Origin: Octopus bimaculoides
Taxonomy: Eukaryota
NCBI RefSeq assembly: GCF_001194135.2
Contig: NC_068998.1
Coordinates: forward strand, 18,666,266 to 18,730,265
Length of the DNA: 64,000 bases
Reading direction: 5' to 3'
Positions 1 through 12,270 of the stretch are shown in pieces. The notes under the pieces are model-generated. The model did not search any database and had not been told where the DNA came from. It worked only from the letters and a program-made list of their open reading frames with translations. A program made the translations under genes and the position numbers. Positions within the stretch are counted from its first letter, which is position 1; each line of letters opens with the position of its first letter.

Positions 1-514
1 ATACTGGAGTCGAACTAATCGACTGGCCCCCTCCCCAAAATTTCGGGCCTTGTGCCTAAAGTAGAAAAGAATATTTTCCCCATAAATACATTCATATACT
101 ATTAAAAAGAAAATTTGGGAAATTATGAATTTTTTACAACCCCACTCAACTTCCCTTGATTGTTTCTGTTTAGAAATTAAAATACTAGAGAACATGTGAA
201 GGTCATTGCCGGCATTTAGCCACAGTGATTTTAAAAGATTACTTGTACTTGCATAGCAAGTGACTTGATCTGAGATCGTGTGCTGAAACAAAAACAATTG
301 CAGCGTAGATGTTTGTAAGCTAGTCAAAAGCACATTAAAACCGTTAGTTTCACGGCACTACTTGAATACAGAGGCTGCGATGCATCTATGTAACAATATG
401 GTTATGTTTAGTTACTCAAAGAGCTAATATATTTGTAGTGGATTCGATCCACCTAAGCCAAATTTAAATTAACACTGCAACGGAACTTTTCCCACGGTAG
501 AACAATGGTTTTTC

Positions 515-968
515 TGTTACAGCAGTTTTACATTTTCCAGATGCCTTTAGCACTTGGCCCTTTCTAACCTCTTCTACTTCACCAAAAGCTAGAATAGAGA
601 TAACAAGACCACCAACTAAATCTATTGTTCTCAATGATATGTTTATCCTTCTAGATAGTTATAAAAGCAAGAAAACCCCAAGCAAAAATCAGTTTAGTTA
701 CTCATCGGTGATGACTCAATGAGTCCAGTCACATGGTGACGACTCAGTGAGAATGAAGTCTGGCTGACCAGCAAGAATCTTGGTCAGAGGGAGAAATGAA
801 GTTTACTGTCAGCAACTGTGAGACAACGCCCCACACCCTACAACTTTCACTAGCTCTAATTCTGTTCTCTTACAACATCGTTCTATCTCTCTCTGTAATT
901 ACTACAAAATAATTGAAGAGGACACAAACACAAACTTTACTTCGCATGCTTTTGGATCTATTATAACC
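515..968 (+). mobile_element. Possible solo LTR of another family
   Basis: TGTTA start, TAAC(C) end, internal TATAAAAG; no TSD found. Confidence 0.3.
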
Positions 969-1269
969 TGCCCGTCGAGGCAAGGTATTGTAATGTAACG
1001 GTAAATAAATACTTTTTTAAAACTCCATCCTACAACATGCCGTTATAACAACAAATTATTATCGTTACAAACTGGCGATCTCGACGTTGCACCATAACAC
1101 ACATTGATACAAAAATAAAATCCAACCGTTACATATTTTATATTAGTTGAGGGTTTATGGTATGGGAAATATGAATTATTATGCAGGTTAAGGGTAATAT
1201 TCAAAAAGTTGGCTTTAGTTACATCATTGTCAAAAACATCGGAACAATTTAACTAAGCTATTCTTAACC

Positions 1270-1620
1270 CTTTGTAATTTTTGGTTAGAAGCATTTTGAA
1301 GGTAGACAATCATCACGATATAGACCTCCATTGATGTTTAGGAATTGGTCAGCCATCTCATAAAGGATATATATACTAACCAAATCAGCGATGTGTGCTG
1401 AATCAGAACTTCCCATCGTGACATCAAAACTGTCGAGTGTATCTTTACGGACCCATAGCTTGTTATCAAATTTAATAATAGATTTTCTGGCTGCTAACAC
1501 GACATTTTTGTTCGCTTTGTAATAGTGAAATGTTCTTTATCCTATTCTCAAAGAATCCCCTTGTAAACTCGTTTATAGAATGCGTTTATCGTTGCAAACA
1601 TTGGCAGAAACATACCTTTA
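1270..1620 (-). mobile_element. Penelope-like element reverse transcriptase fragment (decayed)
   Basis: FDVTMGSSDSAHIADLVSIYIL...GGLYRDDCL fits the PLE RT MGSxD...GLYRDD motifs; stops in the upstream portion. Confidence 0.8.
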
Positions 1621-3220
1621 GTTCTTATAAGTGATTTCTACCATACTATAAAATTCGACCTTCGACTGTCTTCTTACATTTCACTTCCTTTAAATATATC
1701 TACTTACATGCATTTAAACTTTATTCTAATTCACCTATCACTCTATAGCTCTCCACTATTAGTTTAGTTACGTTTGACATTATATCTACTAACGGTTTTT
1801 TAAAAAAACTTGATAGCGTTCCCGTCATCATATACGTAGTCATCACATTCTGTTAAAATCTCTTATTGGTGTGTTTGGTTTCTTTCTTTCCGTGATGAGA
1901 TTGCATTGTTTTATACCATTTTATTCCTCCTGGAATAATACTAATGTTGTCTCCGAAACATATGTCGGAAGTAAAAGAATTTGAATAACACCTGCGTTTA
2001 ATCCATTTATGTATGTATGTATGTATGTATGTATGTATGTATGTATCTATCTATCTATCTGTATATATATATATATATNNNNNNNNNNNNNNNNNNNNNN
2101 NNNNNNNNNNNNNNNNNNNNNNNNNNNNNNNNNNNNNNNNNNNNNNNNNNNNNNNNNNNNNNNNNNNNNNNNNNNNNNNNNNNNNNNNNNNNNNNNNNNN
2201 NNNNNNNNNNNNNNNNNNNNNNNNNNNNNNNNNNNNNNNNNNNNNNNNNNNNNNNNNNNNNNNNNNNNNNNNNNNNNNNNNNNNNNNNNNNNNNNNNNNN
2301 NNNNNNNNNNNNNNNNNNNNNNNNNNNNNNNNNNNNNNNNNNNNNNNNNNNNNNNNNNNNNNNNNNNNNNNNNNNNNNNNNNNNNNNNNNNNNNNNNNNN
2401 NNNNNNNNNNNNNNNNNNNNNNNNNNNNNNNNNNNNNNNNNNNNNNNNNNNNNNNNNNNNNNNNNNNNNNNNNNNNNNNNNNNNNNNNNNNNNNNNNNNN
2501 NNNNNNNNNNNNNNNNNNNNNNNNNNNNNNNNNNNNNNNNNNNNNNNNNNNNNNNNNNNNNNNNNNNNNNNNNNNNNNNNNNNNNNNNNNNNNNNNNNNN
2601 NNNNNNNNNNNNNNNNNNNNNNNNNNNNNNNNNNNNNNNNNNNNNNNNNNNNNNNNNNNNNNNNNNNNNNNNNNNNNNNNNNNNNNNNNNNNNNNNNNNN
2701 NNNNNNNNNNNNNNNNNNNNNNNNNNNNNNNNNNNNNNNNNNNNNNNNNNNNNNNNNNNNNNNNNNNNNNNNNNNNNNNNNNNNNNNNNNNNNNNNNNNN
2801 NNNNNNNNNNNNNNNNNNNNNNNNNNNNNNNNNNNNNNNNNNNNNNNNNNNNNNNNNNNNNNNNNNNNNNNNNNNNNNNNNNNNNNNNNNNNNNNNNNNN
2901 NNNNNNNNNNNNNNNNNNNNNNNNNNNNNNNNNNNNNNNNNNNNNNNNNNNNNNNNNNNNNNNNNNNNNNNNNNNNNNNNNNNNNNNNNNNTATATATAC
3001 ACACACACATATATATATATACAACATACGAATACTTACATATACGCACGTATACACACATATATATACACGTATGGACACGACCAGTTTAAAATTACCT
3101 GTCTGAACTCCACGTGCTATATGGTCAAAATACCACTGCAGTGAATATAATGACGAAGTAACTATATAAATTTATGTAAATAAGGATAAGATCGTTATTT
3201 AAAATACCGATCATATCAAG

Positions 3221-4419
3221 TAGAATAATTAAATTATTTTTTATTAATACATTTAAAGCTTCAACCAGTTTCACAGTTTACACTGATTTTCAAACAGTTC
3301 AAATAGCAACACGTGGCTTATGTTGCAGCTGTCTTGCTTCTGACTAGTGTTTGGAGCTTGCCCGATTTCTATAGGGAGTTCATGGCTCAAATTAGTATGT
3401 TTTGAATAGGATTTGGTTGATAGAATAGTCTTAGAAATTTTTGTTGGTTCCCCAATATGTCTGTGTGTTAGTATCAAGTGACAGTATATTTTGCGCCTAA
3501 AAAAAAAAAGCCCGACACGGTTGAGTGAACATCTTTAGTTATAATCAACGCAGTCCAAATTTAATCTGTCTGATGGGAGAGTGGACCGGAGTCGTTTGTA
3601 TGTAGTCCAGTGGCTAAAGTTTAGGTTGTGAGCTGTACAGGTTCCTCATGATAAGTGGTAGAATGAGTTTTGTGGGTGAATAGTTATTTGTGTATGTACT
3701 CTGTTAAAGTTGGTTTGTACTTTTGTATGAAAGTATTTTCTTTGTTTACCCGTGCTTTTTTTTCATTACCTGTGGTATTCGCTGAGCATAGGTAGAAAAT
3801 GAGAAGACCTGGAATTTGGGGGACTTATTTTTTGCACATATGCCTACGTGTCCAGTTAATGACATCTGTCTAGAGCTGGGGCCTCGTATTTGAGTCGGTG
3901 TATGGTCTATTTTTTAGAGTCAGCTTTGTTTGACCTACATAATCTTCATTATATCCTTGAGATTTGATAACGTATATTAAATTCCTTGAAGAAACATGTA
4001 AAGTGATTTTTTACAGTGAAAGTCCGTCCTGATTTGAATTTGTAAGTAGTGTCTTCAATAAGGCCGCAATTAGGGTGGCCACTCTTTTTAAACGTTGGTG
4101 TAGGAATTGTGGAAGGTAATTTAGCACGTGCGAGGAATTATTTGAGGGAATTTTTAGCGGGAATTTTAGGAATTTTTAACGGAAAACCTACAAAAGTTTC
4201 TAAGACCAGTCATGTGACTATCCTCTATCAATCAAAACATATACTAATTTGAGCCATGAACTCCCTATAAAAATAAGGCAAGCTTCAAACACGAGTCAGA
4301 AGCAAAACAGCTACGACATAAGCCACGTCTTTCTATTTGAACTTTTTGAAAATCAGTGTAAACTGTGAAACCGGTTAAAGCTTCAAATACATTAATAAAA
4401 AATATTTTAACTATTCTCA
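3221..4419. mobile_element. Long-inverted-repeat (foldback/MITE-like) element with about 230-bp arms enclosing the GIY-YIG fragment
   Basis: 3221-3460 is the reverse complement of 4188-4419 (e.g. AGCTTCAACCAGTTTCACAGTTTACACTGATTTTCAAA). Confidence 0.75.
3700..4190 (-). mobile_element. Penelope-like GIY-YIG endonuclease fragment (frameshifted)
   Basis: Translation across frameshifts: SLK..LARAKL...KKSGHPNC...NLIYVIKSQGYNEDYVGQT...GHVGICAKN...KENTFIQKYKPTLN. Confidence 0.8.
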
Positions 4420-5662
4420 GTGCATTTTCAATTTCTANNNNNNNNNNNNNNNNNNNNNNNNNNNNNNNNNNNNNNNNNNNNNNNNNNNNNNNNNNNNNNN
4501 NNNNNNNNNNNNNNNNNNNNNNNNNNNNNNNNNNNNNNNNNNNNNNNNNNNNNNNNNNNNNNNNNNNNNNNNNNNNNNNNNNNNNNNNNNNNNNNNNNNN
4601 NNNNNNNNNNNNNNNNNNNNNNNNNNNNNNNNNNNNNNNNNNNNNNNNNNNNNNNNNNNNNNNNNNNNNNNNNNNNNNNNNNNNNNNNNNNNNNNNNNNN
4701 NNNNNNNNNNNNNNNNNNNNNNNNNNNNNNNNNNNNNNNNNNNNNNNNNNNNNNNNNNNNNNNNNNNNNNNNNNNNNNNNNNNNNNNNNNNNNNNNNNNN
4801 NNNNNNNNNNNNNNNNNNNNNNNNNNNNNNNNNNNNNNNNNNNNNNNNNNNNNNNNNNNNNNNNNNNNNNNNNNNNNNNNNNNNNNNNNNNNNNNNNNNN
4901 NNNNNNNNNNNNNNNNNNNNNNNNNNNNNNNNNNNNNNNNNNNNNNNNNNNNNNNNNNNNNNNNNNNNNNNNNNNNNNNNNNNNNNNNNNNNNNNNNNNN
5001 NNNNNNNNNNNNNNNNNNNNNNNNNNNNNNNNNNNNNNNNNNNNNNNNNNNNNNNNNNNNNNNNNNNNNNNNNNNNNNNNNNNNNNNNNNNNNNNNNNNN
5101 NNNNNNNNNNNNNNNNNNNNNNNNNNNNNNNNNNNNNNNNNNNNNNNNNNNNNNNNNNNNNNNNNNNNNNNNNNNNNNNNNNNNNNNNNNNNNNNNNNNN
5201 NNNNNNNNNNNNNNNNNNNNNNNNNNNNNNNNNNNNNNNNNNNNNNNNNNNNNNNNNNNNNNNNNNNNNNNNNNNNNNNNNNNCCCCCCCCCCACCACCA
5301 CCACCATTACCGCTTGACTGTTGGTGTTGGTGTATTTACGTCCTCGTAACTTAGCGGTTCGGCAAAAAAACCGATAGAATAAGTACTAGGCTTTTTTTTA
5401 AAAAAAGTAAAAAGAAAAGAAGTTCTTGGAGTGATTTGTTTGAATAAAAAGCCTTCAAGGCGGTGCTTCAGCATGGCTGCAGTAAAATGACTGAAACAAG
5501 TAAAAGAATAAACAATATATATACATGCGTGTGGGTGTGTGTTGTGTTCATTGTTTTGATTGAATATATTAAGACATCTAAATTTTTTATTCAGTACATG
5601 TAGAGCGTAAAAAATTATGCAGCCGTGTGTACCTCTCTCTCTACATGTAAACTAGCAATCTA

Positions 5663-5717
5663 ATTGGTCCAACGCACTTACTATAAAAACGGCTATCAGA
5701 TTCAGAAATCGTCAGTC
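5663..5717 (+). promoter_or_regulatory. Core promoter of the transferrin-like gene: reverse CCAAT (ATTGG 5663-5667), TATAAAA (5682-5688), initiator TCAGTC with A at 5714
   Basis: TATA to Inr spacing is 32 nt, directly upstream of a signal-peptide exon whose ATG is at 5753. Confidence 0.75.
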
Positions 5718-5752
5718 TGTTGCTGTTAGTGTTGGAAGCTTAAAATATCACG

Positions 5753-5825
5753 ATGATCCGGTCGACGTTTTCCTTCAGATTTGTCCTGATTTTATCATTC
5801 TTGTCATGGGCCTCTGCTGTTGAAT
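5753..5825 (+). CDS. MELTF: Melanotransferrin-like exon 1 (signal peptide MIRSTFSFRFVLILSFLSWASA-VE)
   Basis: Basic/hydrophobic/ASA signal peptide. GTAAGT donor at 5826, phase 1, joins exon 2 in frame to give VEFSMCEIG, aligning with the transferrin N-terminal xVRWC region. Not in the ORF track. Confidence 0.8.
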
Positions 5826-7789
5826 GTAAGTCACCTATTAGATTTTATTTATTGTTTTTTTTTTCAGCACTACCCCCCCGCCACTGATATTGTTTGTTTA
5901 ACCCTAGATGAACCTTCATCAAGCGAACAGTGATGAAAGGCGTTCCAACTATGACCGTCCCGCTTTTATATTTTTCGGATACAATTTATCTCCAACTACA
6001 TTTATGCAATGTGACTGTCCCCTTTAAGACAGCAGTGTGTGAAACAAGGGTTTTATGACTATTTCTAATAGACTGAGTTATCACTTAATTGGGTTACCTG
6101 AAATAATTGATTAAAAAACAATAGAGAATTATATATAATCAGATATACGAACTTTCCTTGAAATTTCTTTTAGAGTCAAATATACATTCCTTTCCCCTCT
6201 TGTTCTTCTCTAGAAATGGGAGGGTCCTTGACCGAAACATTTATATTTATTTTATCTCCGGTTTTTGGCGCCGAATTTCACAATCACTAAACCCAACAAA
6301 TTTAACAATAACCCCCGAACCTTTGAAGGAGCCTCTACATGATCGGTTTATCTGCATGAAATTGCTACCAAATTTACTCTCACTACTGGAAGTGTTTTTA
6401 TAATTGATCTTGTTCGATCAGGGTTGATGTCGATCTAAACAACAATCTACTTTGTTAGCGCAACTATCAGTCTGTATCATTGTTTCTTCTCAAATTTGTG
6501 GGGCAGTTCTTAAGGAGTGCTACATCTCGATCCTATGAAAATTCTATTTCTTGGTAGATTATGCACGTAATTATTTTAATGTAATTAAATAACTGTTTTA
6601 ATGTATTTTAAGTAATTGTTTTAATGTAATTAACTTCTAGAGAATACAATTCATAATGGTAAATGGATAATAGGAACAATGGGTCGAAAAAAGTAATGAA
6701 TAAAAGGATAAATGATATAATTTTGTTTTCTTTTAAATTTTGCAAATGGCATTTAAACATTAAATTTGTATTGTATATTTTGACTCTTAGAAATTCGTAT
6801 GAAACTTTCAAGAATTTAATTCGATACTTATTGGTATGAATCCTACGGAAATCATTTAAATAACTCAACCTGGGAATCGATTTTAGCAAAGTAGTTGTTG
6901 TTTAACCCCAAATTAATCCTGCCCCGGCAGACCTGTGACCAAAAGCATGACCATCTCGTCTTCTTCGGGGGGTCTTATCAATTAAGAGTATTATATAATG
7001 TCTTTTTTTTTTTCACTTTCTGAGAAAATTTGTTGTGCTTTGAGAGATTTATCTGCTGTTGCTAGCATTAGTTTTATCTTAGCTCTAAGAAATCCTGACT
7101 ACTTTACTGCTACATTTACTACTACTACTACTGCCACCACCAGTATTACTCCTATTTTATAACAGTGATAATGGTGATTTCAATAACGGTAATTATAGCA
7201 GTAATTAATAGTTTTACTATCAATTGGTAATGGAAATAACCTAATTGCATAATAATAATTTCTTTTATTCACCACAGGGACATCACACGAAGGGAATAAT
7301 AATAATAACAATAATAATAATAATAATAATATGATTGTATCTGTCTAATAATCTTCATGTATTTTTATTACTCGATTATGAAAAATAAATGATGATGCGT
7401 TGAAAAAACGTCGGGAAGTATATAGCTAATGTAAATTATAAACAATATTTTAGATATGTTTTAGATGTGCGTGTGTGCTGTGTGTGGAAGAATATATCAT
7501 ACAAACACTCATTCAAAATATAGAGCTTAAATATAGCAGAACATCGAAACAACCTTTTTACTTTACAAACAGACCTTTATTTAAATCTATTCAGCTATGT
7601 AGGAGACTGCGCGGTCGCTCTATTTGCTGGAAATAGCAGCCAAATCTGACCTCGAGTCACACCTACAATCTTCAAAAAGGAGAACACGACAGGTAATGTA
7701 ATCCAGAAGAAAAGATGGAATGCCTTTGATCACAGGTTTGTATCGATGAGAGTTGATCTGAGGCAGAGTCTAACTCTGACGGTGCTCCC

Positions 7790-10086
7790 CTGAAAGTGTT
7801 TGACCCGAGCAAAAACAAAAAAAAAACAGTGCAATAGTTGTACAACATGTAGTAAACGAATATGAAAGAAAATGCGCGCTGGCGAATGGGGGGGGGGAGG
7901 TGAGAGGACTCGGAAAATTCAGAGAATGTACCGAGTCCTCTCTCCACTTCCCCGTCCGTCGGCGAAATTGTTTTTTCTCAATATTCGTTTACTACACATT
8001 ATTTTACACCTAGTACACTTTTTTTTTTTTTTCATTTTTGTGACCGGGTGTTAACATTGAGTTTTCGGATCCCATTATTTTANNNNNNNNNNNNNNNNNN
8101 NNNNNNNNNNNNNNNNNNNNNNNNNNNNNNNNNNNNNNNNNNNNNNNNNNNNNNNNNNNNNNNNNNNNNNNNNNNNNNNNNNNNNNNNNNNNNNNNNNNN
8201 NNNNNNNNNNNNNNNNNNNNNNNNNNNNNNNNNNNNNNNNNNNNNNNNNNNNNNNNNNNNNNNNNNNNNNNNNNNNNNNNNNNNNNNNNNNNNNNNNNNN
8301 NNNNNNNNNNNNNNNNNNNNNNNNNNNNNNNNNNNNNNNNNNNNNNNNNNNNNNNNNNNNNNNNNNNNNNNNNNNNNNNNNNNNNNNNNNNNNNNNNNNN
8401 NNNNNNNNNNNNNNNNNNNNNNNNNNNNNNNNNNNNNNNNNNNNNNNNNNNNNNNNNNNNNNNNNNNNNNNNNNNNNNNNNNNNNNNNNNNNNNNNNNNN
8501 NNNNNNNNNNNNNNNNNNNNNNNNNNNNNNNNNNNNNNNNNNNNNNNNNNNNNNNNNNNNNNNNNNNNNNNNNNNNNNNNNNNNNNNNNNNNNNNNNNNN
8601 NNNNNNNNNNNNNNNNNNNNNNNNNNNNNNNNNNNNNNNNNNNNNNNNNNNNNNNNNNNNNNNNNNNNNTACCAACAACCTTAACCAAAAAATAAGGAGC
8701 CTGTCCCTTCTAGGTTAACTCTAACCCTAACCCTAACTCTGACCCTAAAACCGTAACCCTAATCCTAATCCTAACCGTAACACCCTAGTGGAAATCGTGC
8801 GGGTGTTAATCTGAAAAATTACCAAACCCTTTTTGTGGTCCGAAAAACGGGTTGGGGGGTGGGGTGACTGACAATTGTTACATACGTTTTTGTTTCATAG
8901 TTGTGAAATATAAACAAAACTCTTTCACTCCCAAAGTAGTATATGTGCGTATGTGTGAGAGTGAGAGGGGAGAGAAAGATGAACGATTTAAAATAAATAT
9001 ATTTGAATCGTTGTGTGAGAAAGTATATATAATCTTATTATAGAGTATAGTATCTTTCAAAAACATCTTATATTTGAAACTATATCTCATGTTTAAGGGA
9101 AAAAATGCATTTTACTCCGTCTTAGCTACATTTTCTTTCGTAATACGTTGTCTCCCTCTTCCACTTTTTAATTTTTTTTTTAGACGCTTGACAAACACTG
9201 TTTCTTCCCTTGTCGCAAACACACTATTTCTTTCTTTGTCTCTCTCTTTCTTTCTCNNNNNNNNNNNNNNNNNNNNNNNNNNNNNNNNNNNNNNNNNNNN
9301 NNNNNNNNNNNNNNNNNNNNNNNNNNNNNNNNNNNNNNNNNNNNNNNNNNNNNNNNNNNNNNNNNNNNNNNNNNNNNNNNNNNNNNNNNNNNNNNNNNNN
9401 NNNNNNNNNNNNNNNNNNNNNNNNNNNNNNNNNNNNNNNNNNNNNNNNNNNNNNNNNNNNNNNNNNNNNNNNNNNNNNNNNNNNNNNNNNNNNNNNNNNN
9501 NNNNNNNNNNNNNNNNNNNNNNNNNNNNNNNNNNNNNNNNNNNNNNNNNNNNNNNNNNNNNNNNNNNNNNNNNNNNNNNNNNNNNNNNNNNNNNNNNNNN
9601 NNNNNNNNNNNNNNNNNNNNNNNNNNNNNNNNNNNNNNNNNNNNNNNNNNNNNNNNNNNNNNNNNNNNNNNNNNNNNNNNNNNNNNNNNNNNNNNNNNNN
9701 NNNNNNNNNNNNNNNNNNNNNNNNNNNNNNNNNNNNNNNNNNNNNNNNNNNNNNNNNNNNNNNNNNNNNNNNNNNNNNNNNNNNNNNNNNNNNNNNNNNN
9801 NNNNNNNNNNNNNNNNNNNNNNNNNNNNNNNNNNNNNNNNNNNNNNNNNNNNNNNNNNNNNNNNNNNNNNNNNNNNNNNNNNNNNNNNNNNNNNNNNNNN
9901 NNNNNNNNNNNNNNNNNNNNNNNNNNNNNNNNNNNNNNNNNNNNNNNNNNNNNNNNNNNNNNNNNNNNNNNNNNNNNNNNNNNNNNNNNNNNNNNCCAGC
10001 GCGCATTTTTTTTTTCATATTCGTTTACTACATGTTGTACACCTATTGCACTATTTTTTTTTTTTTGCTCAGATCAAACATTTCAG
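7790..10086. mobile_element. About 2.3-kb TIR element (about 92-bp TIRs) with an internal inverted TIR copy and telomere-like hexamers; two gaps inside
   Basis: 7790-7882 is a near-perfect reverse complement of 9996-10086; a third diverged copy lies at about 7965-8050. Confidence 0.7.
8715..8786. repeat. Degenerate interstitial (TAACCC)n array
   Basis: ctaaccctaaccctaactctgaccctaaaaccgtaaccctaatcctaatcctaaccgtaacaccc. Confidence 0.8.
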
Positions 10087-10124
10087 TTTGACTAGGAAGT
10101 CTTACATGTGTAGGAATACATTAT

Positions 10125-10439
10125 AGCATACCTATACAAGTGTGCCCCCACCACCACTTTGTTTTTTCATGACTTCCAGAAAAGTAGATATTTTTAAATG
10201 AAATTTTCTACAAATACGCATCAAATGGTGTACGTTCTGTTTATATGGGAATTTGTTGTGAAAAAAGTTTTCCCAAGGGATCGGGAGAAGAGTTTCGGAA
10301 AAAAACTTTTTTTCACAACAAATTCGTACATAATCGGATTCTACATCATCAAAGCATGTTTGTAGAGAATCTCATTAAAAGATATCCATGTTATGAGGAA
10401 ACAAAGTCGGTATGGAATGCACATTTGTGTAGGTATGCT
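10125..10439. mobile_element. Palindromic MITE, about 315 bp
   Basis: AGCATACCTATACAAGTGTGC / GCACATTTGTGTAGGTATGCT termini; inner arms TTTTCTACAAATACGC / GCATGTTTGTAGAGAA. Confidence 0.65.
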
Positions 10440-10925
10440 TAAAATTATTTTGTACACTATACAAGCTAAAAAAAAAAAAATTTTTTTAAATAGTTCAACC
10501 TTGTCTTTCAAGTTTGAAATCCCTTACATTAGTATAATTTAGTGAGAAATACTATAATCGTATCTAACATTAGTTGCAATGATTTATTCCCACTCGTAAT
10601 TATTACAAACAACGGCGAGTGAAAGTTTGAGAAAAGTAGTTTTCTCATCATACATGAAAGAATACGAACAAAAGAACAGGTACTGAAAAACATACATTAT
10701 CCTACTTAAAATAGTTGTTTACTCTTTTACTTGTTTCAGTCATTTGACTGCGGCCATGCTGGAGTACCACCTTTAGTCGACCCCAGGACTTATTCTTTGT
10801 AAGCCTAGTACTTATTCTATCGGTCTCTTTGGCCGAACCGCTAAGTTACGGGGACATAAACACACCAGCATCGGTTGTCAAGCGATGGTGGGGGGACAAA
10901 CACAGACACACAAACATATACACAC

Positions 10926-10956
<31 letters not shown>

Positions 10957-11395
10957 TGCATATATACGACAGGCTTCTTTCAGTTTCCGTCTACCAAATC
11001 CACTCACAAGGCTTTGGTCGGCCCGAGGCTATAGTAGAAGACACTTGCCCAAGGTGCCACGCAGTGGGACTGAACACACANNNNNNNNNNNNNNNNNNNN
11101 NNNNNNNNNNNNNNNNNNNNNNNNNNNNNNNNNNNNNNNNNNNNNNNNNNNNNNNNNNNNNNNNNNNNNNNNNNNNNNNNNNNNNNNNNNNNNNNNNNNN
11201 NNNNNNNNNNNNNNNNNNNNNNNNNNNNNNNNNNNNNNNNNNNNNNNNNNNNNNNNNNNNNNNNNNNNNNNNNNNNNNNNNNNNNNNNNNNNNNNNNNNN
11301 NNNNNNNNNNNNTGTATGGACAAAATTTAAAGAATTTAGTATTTTGTATGGACAACCGTAAATTTATAGGTTTTAATGACTGAGGTAAAAGGCGT

Positions 11396-12270
11396 GCCCC
11401 CAACCCACTTCCGTTTTTTTTTTTTTTTGTTCAAAAATTTAATCGGTTTTATTCGTTTTCAATATAGAAGATTACGATTTTGCCCCAAAATCACGTTTTC
11501 AAAATTTTGATTTCCTCCTCCTCACTCCAATTTCTTAATTTTTAACTTTTTTCCGAATTTTTTAATCCACGTAGAAAAAATAAAGATTACAAATCTGGGA
11601 AATTTTTTTAAATTTTAGTTTTTCTTAAAGAAATACTCAATACCCTCCCCCCCCTCGTCCACCCATCAATTCCTTGCTTTCAAAAAGCGAAAAACTCCGA
11701 ATGTTTCACTTTCGTCTAATGTTTCACGCATGCGTAGAATTCTACTGAAATAGCAGACGTGATAAAGTATCAAATCACCACCAGAAAACATGACATGCTA
11801 GAAACAGCAGCTAAACAACACGATTTCTGAAAAAAACTTCCCTGCTTTCAAAAAATCTAAAAGTGAAACATTCGGAGTTTTTAGCTTTTTTTGAAAGCAG
11901 GGAGGTGATGGGGGGTGGGGGAAGGAGAATCGAGTGTTTCTTTAAGAGAAATACATAAAAAAAGAAAAAGCTCTTAAAGTTTCGTAATCTTCGTATTTTC
12001 TATGTGGATTTGAGAAAAGTTTAAAATTATTTAAATTGAGGTGGAGAGGGGAAAAATAAAAATTTTGAAAAGTTCTTAGTTTCGTAATCTTCAGATTTTC
12101 TATGTGGATTTCAAAAAAAAATTTTGAGAAAAGTTTAAAATTATTTAAATTAAGGTGGAGAGGGGAAAAATTTTGAAAATGTATTTTGGGGGCAAAATCA
12201 TAATCTCCTATATAGAAAACATAGGAATCGGAAGAAATTTTGGGAAGAACAAAAGTGGGTATGTGCAAAT
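11396..12270. mobile_element. Foldback element with about 300-bp arms and internal duplications
   Basis: Outer arms (GATTTTGCCCCAAAAT / ATTTTGGGGGCAAAATC) and inner arms 11671-11712 vs 11860-11903 are reverse complements. Confidence 0.7.

Noticed and set aside
2009-3144. Long ORFs of 200-375 aa in the track (also near 4365, 8010, 9074, 21737, 33656 and 55373)
   Set aside because: They run through N gaps and microsatellites.
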